Part shown: piece by piece, positions 1-10,808 of the stretch
Layout: each line of letters opens with the position of its first letter
Numbering within the stretch: position 1 is the first letter of the stretch
Assembly (NCBI GenBank): GCA_963744715.1
Contig: CAVUUR010000010.1
Coordinates: forward strand, 1-64,000
Origin: an uncultured bacterium
GTDB taxonomy: Bacteria; Babelota; Babeliae; Babelales; JACPOV01
Direction of reading: 5' to 3'
DNA length: 64,000 nucleotides
The notes under the pieces: generated by a model
Seen by the model: only the letters and a program-made list of their open reading frames with translations
What the model was told of the DNA's origin: nothing
Database searches by the model: none
Translations under genes and position numbers: made by a program

Positions 1-102
1 ATTTTTAGAAGTGAGTTTTTGATAGGCAGCAGTTTCTGTTTGCTCCATTGCAAGAGCATTAGTGCATAGCATTAATAAAAACAGTACATAAAACAACTTC
101 AT
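1..102 (-). CDS. Secreted hypothetical protein, 5' part only (runs off left edge)
   Basis: Manual translation MKLFYVLFLLMLCTNALA-MEQTETAAYQKLTSKN from ATG at 102 behind GAAGGAAG RBS; Sec-type signal peptide; not in ORF track. Confidence 0.75.
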   Translation of the reverse strand, partial: MKLFYVLFLLMLCTNALAMEQTETAAYQKLTSKN

Positions 103-234
103 AAAAACTTCCTTCAAGTAAGTAAATAATATAAAACATAAAAAGTTCTATGTAATGTAAAAAAATATTTCTGGTTTGTACAGGAACGTTACAAACAATT
201 TGTAAACTATTCGTTGAACAGCAGCAACGTACAT

Positions 235-1236
235 TTAGCACGGAATAATTTCAGTAATAATACCGTGATGGCGCGCATAAATTTTTGCTTCTGTTTCCAT
301 AACCGCTTTTCTTGAGGCGATCGACTTTTGATTCGATAAATTCCTCTTGTTCATCGATCATATGGAATAATAAATTTCCTGATTCAAGATCTTTTTTGAT
401 CGTTTCGATAACATCAAACGATAAATCAGAACCAGTCAATTCCAAGAAGTACACAAATCGTTCTACTAATGATTTTAATAGATCATCAAGTTCATCTTGA
501 TTTAAAATATCCTCTTGCATAAGGTTATCTAAATGCAGGGAAATATTTTTTCTAAAACCCATGTTTCTGCCTGGTCTAAGGGACTCCAAATAACTTTGCT
601 CATCATTGTTTCTAGTAAACCAATTGTTTTTGTCGTAACTGCTCTTGCGATACGCTTCTGAACAAAGGCACTATGGTGTAATGTTTGAACATTCTGGGAA
701 AGCCCATTAAAGAATTGTTCTGGATCTTTTTTAAATAACGAGAACCCTGATAAAAAAGTTGTATATAATATTTTTTTAACGATATTTTTTGCTTCAACGA
801 ACCATGATACTTGTGGTTGTTCTACAACGTAATCTTTAATCAGCTCAGGGAATCGTGCAAGGACTTGCGATAAAGCATCCGAGGTTATGTATTTGCATGA
901 TTTAATTTTATTGTTAAAAAGACGCAGTGTTGATTGAATATAGCCACTTTCCTGACCACTTTTTTTGCCATATTCTAAAAATTGAATAAGAGGATGAAAC
1001 GTGTGTGGTAAAACTTCTTGAGCAAATTCTTTGCGATTGAACGTATGTTTTAAAAAACAACGCATGCCAGATCGCGTGAATTTTGGTGTACAGAGTGACT
1101 GTAAAAGCTTATCATAGTCAGTGAGAGACTCTTGCACTAACGGTTGAGTAAAATATTGATTATCGAATGTTTTTACATTATTAATAAAAAGAACTAAAAA
1201 CATAAAAAATAAACTATAGACTATTTTTAATTTCAT
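235..1236 (-). CDS. Hypothetical membrane-anchored/exported protein, split by two frameshifts
   Basis: ORFs 529..1293 and 251..589 overlap in different frames; AGGAG RBS before ATG 1236 (MKLKIVYSLFFMFLVLF); a further frame gives a plausible end KAVMETEAKIYARHHGIITEIIPC* at 235. Confidence 0.6.
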
Positions 1237-1360
1237 TGTATTACTCCTAATTAAAAATAGAGTTAATAAACTATTAATAAAGCATCGTAGCATGAAATGA
1301 TTATATTAGGCAAGGTGAGCTTAATAAAAAAGATTTAATTAGTGTTTATGAGGTATAGAG

Positions 1361-2580
1361 ATGGCATTATTTACATATCAAGCATTATCAAAAGATGGTA
1401 AAAAAGTTAAAGGGACTCTTGATGCGGCGTCTCCTGAATCTGTTCGCGAACAATTAGTGAAAAGTGGTTTCTATCCTATTAATATAACCGCAACGACACA
1501 AGAAACGTATACTGGCTTTCAACGAATTATGTCCTTTTTTGCTTTTAGGGTTTCCGTAAAAGAAAAAATTTTATTTACCAAACAACTGTCGGTATTATTA
1601 AAATCAGGTGTTCCCTTGTTGCAAGCATTGGAACTATTAACCGAACAATTCAAGGGCCGACTGCATACCATACTGGTTGATTTAAAAGATGGTATTAAAG
1701 AAGGACAATCATTAGCCGATGGGTTGCGAAAATATCCCCGCGTATTTGACAATATTTATGTGCAATTAGTCAGAGCCGGTGAAGCCAGTGGCAAGCTAGA
1801 AGTTATTCTAGATCAGCTGACAGAATTTATGGAGCGCAGACAAGTTATTACCAAGAAAATCAAGGGGCAATGACCTATCCAATTATTCGATTGAGTATCG
1901 TTGAACTCGTTGTGGTGGCATTATTAGTTTTCGTGTTACCAAATCTTGTACAGAATTTTGCTGCTCAAGGAGTGCAATTGCGATGGGCAACAGCACTATT
2001 GATGGGGATTTCTAATTTTTTAACATCTATTATATTTTTATTATAGGATTTTTAGTCGTTATTTTTTTTGCATTCAGTATTGGAAATCAACAAAGCAAGG
2101 ACGGCGTACGTTAGATTTTTATTAAACTTAAACTGCCCATTATTGGTTTTTTTGCTCGCATGGGAGCGATTGTTCAATTTTCGCGGACGTTGGGTATGCT
2201 TACTGAAAGTGGCGTAAATTTATCTGAAATCATTAGATATCGTAGTTAATATTATTGATAATCGCATTCTAGCTGATGCATTATTTGAAGCGCGTGATAA
2301 TATTATTAAGCAGGGAAGAATTGCCGAATATTTACGGCAAACTAATATATTTCCTCCGATTGCTATTTATTTAATTAATACCGGCGAGCAGAGCGGGCAA
2401 TTAGGTTTTATGTTATTAACTGTTGCTAAAAATTATGAAGATGAGTTATCAGAATATTCAGACACCTTGTCATCATTATTAGAGCCTATTATGTTATTAG
2501 TTATGGCCGTTGTTGTTGGATTTATTGTGTTATCAGTAGTACAACCGATGCTCAATCAAGCATCGTTATTTAATATGTAG
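1361..2580 (+). CDS. gspF: Type II secretion inner-membrane platform protein GspF/PilC family (frameshifted in this sequence)
   Basis: MALFTYQAL...FTKQLSVLLKSGVPLLQAL...LVRAGEASGKLE; continues out of frame with YP..., FSRTLGMLTESGV, GEQSGQL, LLEPIMLLVMAVVVGFIVLSVVQPM to TAG 2580. Confidence 0.9.
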
Positions 2581-2591
2581 AAAGGATTATT

Positions 2592-3011
2592 ATGATACAA
2601 AGCAGAAGGCATCTTAATGCAGGATTTACCTTTATAGAAATTGTCGTTGTAGTATTAATTTTAGGATTATTAATGGGAATTGGTATTCCCGTATATAGAA
2701 CCTTTACTGAAGGTGCCAGGGAGAATACTACCAAAGCTAATTTGAAATTGCTAAAAAGTAGTCTCGATCTCTATCACGCGGAACACAGTAAATATCCTGC
2801 TCGTTTAATTGATTTGGTAGAACGTCCAAAAGGTGATGCAGGAAAAGGTTGGAAACAATATGTACAAAAATTACCAGAAGATGGTTGGAAAAATGCTTTT
2901 TATTATAAAGTGTTACCGGCGGGAAGCAAACATCCGTATGAATTATATTCGTATGGGTCAAATGGTCCAGAAGGTAGTGCACCAGAGGAACGCTTAAGTG
3001 CCTGGGACTAA
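2592..3011 (+). CDS. gspG: T2SS major pseudopilin GspG
   Basis: Prepilin motif GFTFIE plus hydrophobic helix; LPEDGWKNAFYY and LYSYGSNG motifs of the GspG C-domain. Confidence 0.9.
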   Translation: MIQSRRHLNAGFTFIEIVVVVLILGLLMGIGIPVYRTFTEGARENTTKANLKLLKSSLDLYHAEHSKYPARLIDLVERPKGDAGKGWKQYVQKLPEDGWKNAFYYKVLPAGSKHPYELYSYGSNGPEGSAPEERLSAWD

Positions 3012-3561
3012 AGCCGGATTTACGCTTTTAGAATTAGTAGTAGTTATCTTCGTATTGGGATTGCTTTTACGTATTACAGTACCAATGTTTGTGAATCGTA
3101 TACCTGGGTATAAACGTAATGAGTTTATTACCCAGGTTAGTTCGCTTATTAAATTAGCGTGGCAAAATGCGTTGATAACGCAACGCATGCATAGAGTATG
3201 GTTTGATCTTGAAAAAAAAATAATGCGCGTTGAAATAGTCAAACCTAAAAAAAAGGGGAATGATAAAGAAGAGTTTGAGCCGATTTCTGTTTCATATTTG
3301 AAGAGTGAATATCATTGGCCTGAAACATTTTTTATTAAGCAACTATATGTTGACGGAACTAATATTCTCAATCAACCCGGGGTGAAAACAGAAACGGCAT
3401 GGGTTTATGTTTTACCAGAAGGATTAATGCAGCCAACCATTATTAACGTTGTTGATACTGCCGAGTCTGATGAACATAATAATGAAGGTAAACAGATAGG
3501 GCTCGTTGTTAATCCTTTTACTGCGCAACTGAGTGTATATGAAACATTTGCAAAACCATAA
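2998..3561 (+). CDS. gspH: T2SS minor pseudopilin GspH-like
   Basis: GFTLLELVVV prepilin motif; position after gspG; overlapping stop/start. Confidence 0.75.
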   Translation: MPGTKAGFTLLELVVVIFVLGLLLRITVPMFVNRIPGYKRNEFITQVSSLIKLAWQNALITQRMHRVWFDLEKKIMRVEIVKPKKKGNDKEEFEPISVSYLKSEYHWPETFFIKQLYVDGTNILNQPGVKTETAWVYVLPEGLMQPTIINVVDTAESDEHNNEGKQIGLVVNPFTAQLSVYETFAKP

Positions 3562-3955
3562 TACGCACCCAAAAGGGATGACCCTTGTTGAAGTAATGCT
3601 TGCCCTTTTTATGATAGGTACGGTGCTCACTACATTATTTGTACTAGAAAGTACCATTTTTAATAAGGTAGCCGATTATTCAACAAAAATTGGACGTATT
3701 TTTTTGTTAAAAGAAAGATTATTTAAAGCACACTTTGAGCGTGCACAGCGTATAAAAGCACAAGATAAAAAACAAGAAGAAACAACGAATAACGTTACTA
3801 TTTCCTATGAGCTTAAAAAGCCTTCAAAAGATTCAGTATTAAAAAAGTTTGATGGTATTATGATTGAACAAGTAACGGCCTCCTGGGATGAGTTTGGAGT
3901 TCAACAAAAAGAAACGATGATTAATCTTGTATATAAGCCGGAGAAAAAAGAATGA
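3539..3955 (+). CDS. gspI: T2SS minor pseudopilin GspI-like
   Basis: KGMTLVEVMLAL prepilin motif; short length; gene order G-H-I-J-K. Confidence 0.7.
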   Translation: MKHLQNHNTHPKGMTLVEVMLALFMIGTVLTTLFVLESTIFNKVADYSTKIGRIFLLKERLFKAHFERAQRIKAQDKKQEETTNNVTISYELKKPSKDSVLKKFDGIMIEQVTASWDEFGVQQKETMINLVYKPEKKE

Positions 3956-4860
3956 GACTCGGGTTTACGTTGATTGAACTCTTACTAGCCGTTTCCTTTT
4001 CATTGATTTTGATAACAACATTGTTTAATAGTTTTTTTCAAATGACCAGAGTTGTTCATAGCGCCGATCAATTAATGGATAATGATACGCGTATCAGTAC
4101 TATCAACAATCAATTTGAACGAGATATTTCTGGCATTTTTGTTCCGGTTCAAGCAATAACTGAAGCAATACAACCGCAAACAACCCCAGGGTCTGCTCAA
4201 GCACAACCGGAAAAAAAATCACAACCTCTGCAAAAAGTTTTTTATAGCACGAATAAAGAAAATGTAGTATCAGCACTTACCTTTATTACTAATAATCCGA
4301 TACGCATTTATGAAAAAAATAAACAAGGCACCAGTAAGCCGTGCATTGTTCGCGTAGTGTATACCTTGGTTAAAGAAAAAGAAGCTGAAAACTCCTATGC
4401 TTTAATGCGCCAAGAAGGAACAGATTTAAATTATGATGCGTATAAAGCAAAGGCAAGCAAGCCTATTATTGCTTATCAACTTGCTGAGCGGATTAAAAGT
4501 ATTACCGTTGAATACAAAGTTCCCGAGCAAAAAAATAGTAAAGCATCCGAAGATAATAATCCTATAAAATATGATACACATAAAGAATGGCCTGGCAAAC
4601 AACAAGCAGATAAACCGCCATTGATACCGCAATTTATAACGTTCAAAATGATTTTATGGGATGCGCACCGACAAAACGAATATGAATACACGCTCGATTA
4701 TAGCATCGCAGCCTTTGATAGTAATAAGGCACTTTCATTTAAAGCAACTTCAACGGCAGGAACAGCGAAAGATTTGGTTCCCTCGACGACCCAGAACAAA
4801 ACGGGAAAATCAGGTTCGCCTAGAATAAATCCATTTGCAACAACGCAAGGATCGCGATGA
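3952..4860 (+). CDS. gspJ: T2SS minor pseudopilin GspJ-like
   Basis: GFTLIELLLA prepilin motif; FERDI helix end; ATGA overlaps with neighbours. Confidence 0.75.
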   Translation: MRLGFTLIELLLAVSFSLILITTLFNSFFQMTRVVHSADQLMDNDTRISTINNQFERDISGIFVPVQAITEAIQPQTTPGSAQAQPEKKSQPLQKVFYSTNKENVVSALTFITNNPIRIYEKNKQGTSKPCIVRVVYTLVKEKEAENSYALMRQEGTDLNYDAYKAKASKPIIAYQLAERIKSITVEYKVPEQKNSKASEDNNPIKYDTHKEWPGKQQADKPPLIPQFITFKMILWDAHRQNEYEYTLDYSIAAFDSNKALSFKATSTAGTAKDLVPSTTQNKTGKSGSPRINPFATTQGSR

Positions 4861-5921
4861 ACAAAACAACCAATCAGCAAGGGTATGTGTTAGTATTAAC
4901 GGTTATGATGTTGAGCATCGGTATTTTAATGATATCGCAATTTGTACAACAAGGTATGGTTCATGTTCATTTTGATCGCATTATTATTGATCGTGAACAA
5001 GCCCGGTCGATGGCATTGAATGGTATACAGCTTGCTATGAGTCAATTGTCTGTTTTAGATACAACAACGACAACCACTGATAATAATAAAAGCACACAAG
5101 ATTTTTTAGAAAAAGTTTTTCCTGCATTAAACCGTTGGCAAGAAATTACGTTTAATGGTGCCAAGGATGGCGTTGATGGGACGATAAAATTTTGTATTAG
5201 TTCTGAAGATGGGAAAATTGATATTAATCAAGTATTTGATTTTCAGAAAAAAAAATTTAAGAATGAAGATGCCGGCCAAGGCGATATGAAAAAAATAATG
5301 AAAGAGTTTTTTTTAAGCATGAAAAAGTTTAGTAATGATAAAGATTTGTTTGATACATTTGAAAAGTTTTTAAAACAACGGCACTATAAATTTAATGATG
5401 CAACTGAGTTGTTAACTAATGCGGAGTTCCAGACAGTGTTTAGATCTAATATTTTTTATGAACCGCCATCATCTGAACAAGATGTTAAAGAACGTCCAGT
5501 TTTTTTGACCGATATTTTTACTGTTTTTTCACAAAAATCGACTATCCAGCCGTGGTTATTATCTGATTCAATACAAAGAATTTTATCCTTAAAAACGGCA
5601 TATGGTTCTGATGAAAAACAGCGCAAGGATCAGATAAAACAGCTTTTAAAAGAAAAGCCTTTAAAAAAAATGGAAGATGGGGATATAAAAAAAATACAAG
5701 AATTATGGGACACGTATTGGCAAAAAATATATGGAAAAGATTTTAAAAGTTTGCCTCAAGAAATTGTGAATTTGTTTACGTTAAAATTTGAACCAATGGT
5801 ATTTTCTGTGGTATCTTATGGCATAGTCGGCCAAATAACACAGAAAGCACTGGCTATTATAGAAAGATTTAAATCTTCAGAGAACAATACCTTCTTAATA
5901 AAAAAATTGTATTGGCTTTGA
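4857..5921 (+). CDS. gspK: T2SS minor pseudopilin GspK-like
   Basis: QQGYVLVLTVMML (lacks Glu5, typical of GspK); SEDGKIDIN motif; F...TEL motif. Confidence 0.8.
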   Translation: MNKTTNQQGYVLVLTVMMLSIGILMISQFVQQGMVHVHFDRIIIDREQARSMALNGIQLAMSQLSVLDTTTTTTDNNKSTQDFLEKVFPALNRWQEITFNGAKDGVDGTIKFCISSEDGKIDINQVFDFQKKKFKNEDAGQGDMKKIMKEFFLSMKKFSNDKDLFDTFEKFLKQRHYKFNDATELLTNAEFQTVFRSNIFYEPPSSEQDVKERPVFLTDIFTVFSQKSTIQPWLLSDSIQRILSLKTAYGSDEKQRKDQIKQLLKEKPLKKMEDGDIKKIQELWDTYWQKIYGKDFKSLPQEIVNLFTLKFEPMVFSVVSYGIVGQITQKALAIIERFKSSENNTFLIKKLYWL

Positions 5922-5936
5922 TCTAAAGGAATTATA

Positions 5937-7529
5937 TTGCAGATTAAAACAGAAACTATTGTCGGCATTTTTATTGTTGCTGCGTTATGTATATTTTTTT
6001 ACATGAGTTTTTTTCTTCGGGTTTTTAGACTTGATCGCATGAAATATCAATATTATACCGTTTATTTTAATGATGTTTCAGGTCTTGAAAAAAAGGCAAA
6101 TGTTAAAATCGCAGGGGTCAACGTTGGTTGGGTTGATAGCATAGATCTTGTTGACGGCCATTATCAGGCAAAGGCGATAATTGCCGTATTAAAACGATAT
6201 GTTTTGCGAGCAGATGCGCATGCGGTAGTACGGCAAGAAGGATTACTAGGAACAAAATATTTAGAAGTTATTCCTGGTGATTCCATGTTGCCGATTTTAA
6301 CACCCGGTAAAGCATTAGAAGGTCCTGGAAAATCGCCGGTTGCCATTGATGATATTTTATCGAAAGTTAGAGATATCGCAGATCATGTAGAACATGTTAC
6401 GGCATCATTAAAAGAAAGTTTTGGCACTTCTGAAGGCAAAGAACAATTGAAATCTATGCTTGATAATTTTAGTCAAGCGGCAGAAAAAATTGCTGCATTC
6501 TCGTCAACACTCGATCGAACGGTAGCGACCAATGAAGAAAATGTAACGAGCATGCTGAAAGATTTTAAAGATTTTGCTCGCGATATTAAAGATAATTTCC
6601 CGGCGCTCAAAAACTATATTGAACGTATTTCAGATTCAATCGATCGGGATATTAGCAGAGTTGCGGATAAGTTGGAAGTAACGGCTAACGCACTAGAAGA
6701 TGCTGCTTTACAAGCACGCGATGGCTTTAAAAACGTTGGATCTATTGCACAAAAACTTGATGAAGGAAAAGGTGTTCTAGGAAAATTAATCAATGAAGAA
6801 GAAACGTATAAAGATTTAAAATTAACCGTTCAGGGTCTTAAGAATTATTTCAATAAAATGGATACGCTTATGATGGTTCTTGATGCCCATAGCGAATACA
6901 TGTATCGTCCTGCGGAACACGTGCGATTTGAAGATACAAAAGGATACTTAGATATCAGAATTCACCCTAATGAAGATAAATTTTATATTTTACAGCTCGT
7001 AAGCTCACAAAAAGGATCCATTAAACGCAGCATTGTTAATAGAGAATGGTACGATGAAAATGGGATGCCATTATTGCCAGGCCCACTTCTTGCTGAAAAA
7101 ATTGCGATACCTGAACTTATTGGCGTTATTGAAACAACCGATAGAATGCTTGATCAGTACAAATTTGGATTCCAGTTTGGAAAAATGTTTAGAGATTTTG
7201 CGGTCCGATTCGGGCTTTTTGAAAATACGGTTGGCATGGGTGTAGATTTTGATATTCCTCTGGGAACTGATAAATGTAGATGGGTTACAACCTTAGAAGC
7301 CTTTGATTTTAGAGGTCGCGATAGAATTAATGATAGCAGGCCACACTTAAAATGGCTTAACCGCGTCTTCTTATTCCGTAATTTCTACTTCACCTTTGGT
7401 GCCGATGACTTTGTAAGTAAAAATAATGCTAACGGATTCTTTGGTGGAGGTATTCGCTTCACTGATGATGATATTAAATACTTCCTCAATCAGGTTGGAT
7501 TGCTTGCAGCGCTTAACAACGGTCCATAA
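5937..7529 (+). CDS. MCE/MlaD-family protein with long helical region and beta-strand-rich C-terminus
   Basis: N-terminal TM (ETIVGIFIV), F.DVSGL...A.V.IAGV.VG.V and GLLG.KYLEV.PG MCE motifs; coiled-coil middle. Confidence 0.85.
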   Translation: MQIKTETIVGIFIVAALCIFFYMSFFLRVFRLDRMKYQYYTVYFNDVSGLEKKANVKIAGVNVGWVDSIDLVDGHYQAKAIIAVLKRYVLRADAHAVVRQEGLLGTKYLEVIPGDSMLPILTPGKALEGPGKSPVAIDDILSKVRDIADHVEHVTASLKESFGTSEGKEQLKSMLDNFSQAAEKIAAFSSTLDRTVATNEENVTSMLKDFKDFARDIKDNFPALKNYIERISDSIDRDISRVADKLEVTANALEDAALQARDGFKNVGSIAQKLDEGKGVLGKLINEEETYKDLKLTVQGLKNYFNKMDTLMMVLDAHSEYMYRPAEHVRFEDTKGYLDIRIHPNEDKFYILQLVSSQKGSIKRSIVNREWYDENGMPLLPGPLLAEKIAIPELIGVIETTDRMLDQYKFGFQFGKMFRDFAVRFGLFENTVGMGVDFDIPLGTDKCRWVTTLEAFDFRGRDRINDSRPHLKWLNRVFLFRNFYFTFGADDFVSKNNANGFFGGGIRFTDDDIKYFLNQVGLLAALNNGP

Positions 7530-7583
7530 TAGATATCAAAAATATAACCGTGCATCACCAGTTTACGTATAAAGGATAATTCT

Positions 7584-8318
7584 TTAGTATTCTGCCGGTA
7601 CGTTGGTATTTATTTTATATTGGGCTATCCAACTTATAAAAAGTTCCTTCAAAAATAGAAGTTTTTGTAAGCGTTCAGATAAAGTGGGTAAGGTATATTG
7701 ATACGGAAAAAATCGTGCAATGCGTAAGGTAGTAAGTATTCTTTGCATACGAATTAACCGTTTAACGGTGTGTATTTCTTGATCAATATCGCGTAAAAAA
7801 GTAATAAACGGTGTTAAAAAATCAGTCAGAGTAGATTCGGTTTGATAACGCTGCTGGATACTAAAAATAAGATCTTTAGATACCTCTTTTTGTGACATAC
7901 TCAATAAATTTTCAAAAGAAACCGTCTGTTTCCAAAGCCCCCACGACGTTGGGTTTGAAAGTTTATGGGTTAATCGAACTAATATACATTCAACAACGAC
8001 GTAGAGTGTTGCTAATGAAGCAAGAATTACTCGCATCTTATGTTCTTTTACATAGGTTAGACAGAATTCTGAAAAATTTAATGCACCGTTTTTTACGTGG
8101 CCATAATGCTCGGGAGAAAACAATTGATGAAGGTAATTGGACGTTTGATTCATCAAATTTTGACTAACCACGGTTTCTTGTGTGATAGTACTGCTATTTA
8201 CTGGCGTATTTTGTATAGTAATATTAAAGCTAGGTAATTGCGTTTTAGGTTGCGTATCTTCTGCGTAAGCTGGTAATGAAATTAATACAACAACACCTAT
8301 AGAAAATATTTTTTTCAC
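7584..8318 (-). CDS. Hypothetical exported/membrane protein
   Basis: 244-aa ORF, signal peptide ending AYA, one internal TM segment. Confidence 0.7.
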   Translation of the reverse strand: MKKIFSIGVVVLISLPAYAEDTQPKTQLPSFNITIQNTPVNSSTITQETVVSQNLMNQTSNYLHQLFSPEHYGHVKNGALNFSEFCLTYVKEHKMRVILASLATLYVVVECILVRLTHKLSNPTSWGLWKQTVSFENLLSMSQKEVSKDLIFSIQQRYQTESTLTDFLTPFITFLRDIDQEIHTVKRLIRMQRILTTLRIARFFPYQYTLPTLSERLQKLLFLKELFISWIAQYKINTNVPAEY

Positions 8319-8675
8319 AGTATAAATTCCTTTTTTTTACAGACTAATTAAAAATGAACATGCCTTATACTTTTAATTTAAGCAATATTTCTTTATTGTT
8401 ATTTTTGGGCATAAATTTGAGGCTATCTATGAAGTAAGATTTTACCAATATTATTATTGAGCAGGACTTTTGCTAAACATGAGCAAATATTCGATGGAAT
8501 CGGGGGTCGGACATTCCAGGAATTGATAATTGCTTAATGAGTCAATACTGATCAAATCTCTATAAGTTTCATTGTATTTTTTCGATTAGCAAGTTTACCC
8601 TGAAAACCGGAATTTTTTACCCCGTGCTACGATGGGAATTTATCACTGTGCGCTAACAAAAGGGCAAAATAGCAA

Positions 8676-8704
8676 TTGACAAATTGAATTTTTAAAGATA
8701 GTAT
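8676..8704 (+). promoter_or_regulatory. sigma70-type promoter for 8758 ORF
   Basis: TTGACA (8676-8681), 17-bp spacer, TAGTAT (8699-8704); AGGAG RBS downstream. Confidence 0.55.
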
Positions 8705-8757
8705 ATTAGTTATTGACAGTATATTAGCTTTTATTATTTTAATGATAGGAGATATCC

Positions 8758-9021
8758 ATGATATCTAAATTTAAACTTTTTTTACTATTTAATGTGTTTA
8801 TAGGGCTTGCTTCAGTAAAGATCTCTCGAGGCACTGAATCCCCTGCTGAGCAAGAGATTAGCCGTATTGAATCACAACAAATTTCTGACATGGAACAAGA
8901 ACTAAAGCGAATAGTGGAAAGGCAAGAGGACAGAGAAGCTATCAAAAAGCATCAAGAGCTCTCTTATGTCTTGAGGGTCATAGCAAATATCTGCTATGCG
9001 CTTCCGCTACTAATTAAGTGA
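8758..9021 (+). CDS. Small hypothetical exported protein
   Basis: 87 aa, AGGAG RBS, signal-like N-terminus, coiled-coil middle, hydrophobic C-terminus. Confidence 0.6.
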   Translation: MISKFKLFLLFNVFIGLASVKISRGTESPAEQEISRIESQQISDMEQELKRIVERQEDREAIKKHQELSYVLRVIANICYALPLLIK

Positions 9022-9185
9022 TTTTGAATATCGTTTAAAGAATCTGCATGAAGGGTCAATCGGAGATTTTTTTATGGATGAGGCCGATGCTACATCGCAT
9101 TAATTTTTCCGATCCTTCCCTTTGCTTGGTGAGTTGGTGTAGTAAGGCGTTCATGTTTTTACATAATTAAAAATAAGGCACATTA

Positions 9186-10448
9186 CTAAAAATTGAATGT
9201 TAGTATGCCTCCGATGGAATTAACTAACAATGCTCGCGATCCATTAAATCCTAATTTATAAAAGGCGGCAAGTTGAGGTTTAATGTATGAGTCATCACAT
9301 ATGTCATGTTGAAAGTCATACGATAGATTGAAAATCATATTATGCATAGTCCACTCTTGTAAGCTTTCCGCAGTATTAGCAACAAGTTCAGAAAACTGAT
9401 TGGTGCATAAAGCAAGTCTATCATCACCATGCTTCCAATATTGGTAGGTTGCACTAACTGATAAACCACGCCATATTTGGTATCCTTCAAGATATATATT
9501 AAATCGCTGTGTAAACCCAAAATCTTTATGCGCATTTACTTTTGCTAAAAATAAAAAATCAGTTTGTTGTGGAAATACTTTGATGCGGCGCAAGCGAGTA
9601 TTGCCAAATAAATAAATAAATTCTGCATCGATTCCTCCTCGAATATGGTCAATCCACGTTATATCGAGTCCGCCTCCAAAAATTAATCCCACAGAACCAT
9701 CAAGGCCAAAGGGAATAAAAAATATTTTATCATCATCTTTTTTTACACCGGTGGGAAAACTTACATTAAGGCGTCCATTTAATTGTACGTCTTTTAAAAT
9801 AGGTTTGCCCTGAGGAAAATTGCGTAACCAATCAACACTAAAAAGAATATCCCCGAGTCCGAGTCGATGCCATCCAGTGAGATTAAGTGTTGAATCAAAT
9901 TCGTGTACTCGTTGCAGTAAAACATCAGTTAAGTTGGTTCTTATAATCTCGTTGGTAGTATCAGTAGGGGTTAAATCAACAAACATAACATTATTAAGTT
10001 TTGCCGAATAAAATGGAACGTGCAAACCAAGCGTAAAATGATGGGCCATATGATAACGGAAAGCAAGGCCTCCTGCTTGTACATTAAGATGTCCGGTTAC
10101 ATTAAAATTTCCTCGTACACCATCATCTGTTGGGCTGTCAAGTACCGTATTGAAAAAAATTGACATAGGGCTTGATGCTGGAAATCCTTGAAGCATGGCT
10201 AATGCATCTTGGCGAGGAGTAAATATTTGCAAAGGATTAACTTTTTCGCCTTCGGCATTAAAACCTTGTACTTTTAATCCTTGCTCAAACCAACCGGTAA
10301 CCTGAATTTTTGTCCCATGCCAATATGGCGGCCTTAAGTTAATATCCCATGGTCTAAAAAGATTTATAGGAAACATGCCGAAAAGCGTTATAGAAAAACT
10401 ACTACATACTATGATCAAAAATATTTTATGGTGTATTCTCAAATTCAT
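9186..10448 (-). CDS. Putative outer-membrane beta-barrel protein
   Basis: Signal peptide, alternating amphipathic strands, C-terminal GGILTFNF with terminal Phe (BamA beta-signal-like). Confidence 0.65.
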   Translation of the reverse strand: MNLRIHHKIFLIIVCSSFSITLFGMFPINLFRPWDINLRPPYWHGTKIQVTGWFEQGLKVQGFNAEGEKVNPLQIFTPRQDALAMLQGFPASSPMSIFFNTVLDSPTDDGVRGNFNVTGHLNVQAGGLAFRYHMAHHFTLGLHVPFYSAKLNNVMFVDLTPTDTTNEIIRTNLTDVLLQRVHEFDSTLNLTGWHRLGLGDILFSVDWLRNFPQGKPILKDVQLNGRLNVSFPTGVKKDDDKIFFIPFGLDGSVGLIFGGGLDITWIDHIRGGIDAEFIYLFGNTRLRRIKVFPQQTDFLFLAKVNAHKDFGFTQRFNIYLEGYQIWRGLSVSATYQYWKHGDDRLALCTNQFSELVANTAESLQEWTMHNMIFNLSYDFQHDICDDSYIKPQLAAFYKLGFNGSRALLVNSIGGILTFNF

Positions 10449-10808
10449 CGATAATCCTTTGAAATCTGTTAACGTCTAAAGGAAAAGATTATACGGTATT
10501 ATTAAATTTTCCAGAAGCATAATTTCTAGTACCAAGTATTGCTACGGCAATACCCGTTTTTTAGCTACTATTTTCATTATATTGTTATATTTTTTTCTGC
10601 GCATTGAAAACTTGCAGTTCACCTTTATTTTACGCAAAATTCTAAAAAGAACTACTATTTTAAACGATACATAGTTTTATAAAATTTTTTTTTATTTTCA
10701 ATTTAAAAAAAATATAGTATATTGTGCTAACATATTGCATTATATTTTTTTATTTTTTTCTTTTAATTATTAAAAAATAATTATTTTACTACTGATGGTT
10801 AGGTTAGT

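Noticed and set aside
59..241. 60-aa minus-strand ORF
   Set aside because: No RBS or recognisable features; overlaps the better-supported signal-peptide ORF starting at 102
9046..9156. Relatively GC-rich intergenic stretch with partial hairpins and GATGAGGCCGA (hammerhead-like)
   Set aside because: No CTGATGA core or GAAA partner and only imperfect, competing stems; cannot support an ncRNA without an Rfam/Infernal search
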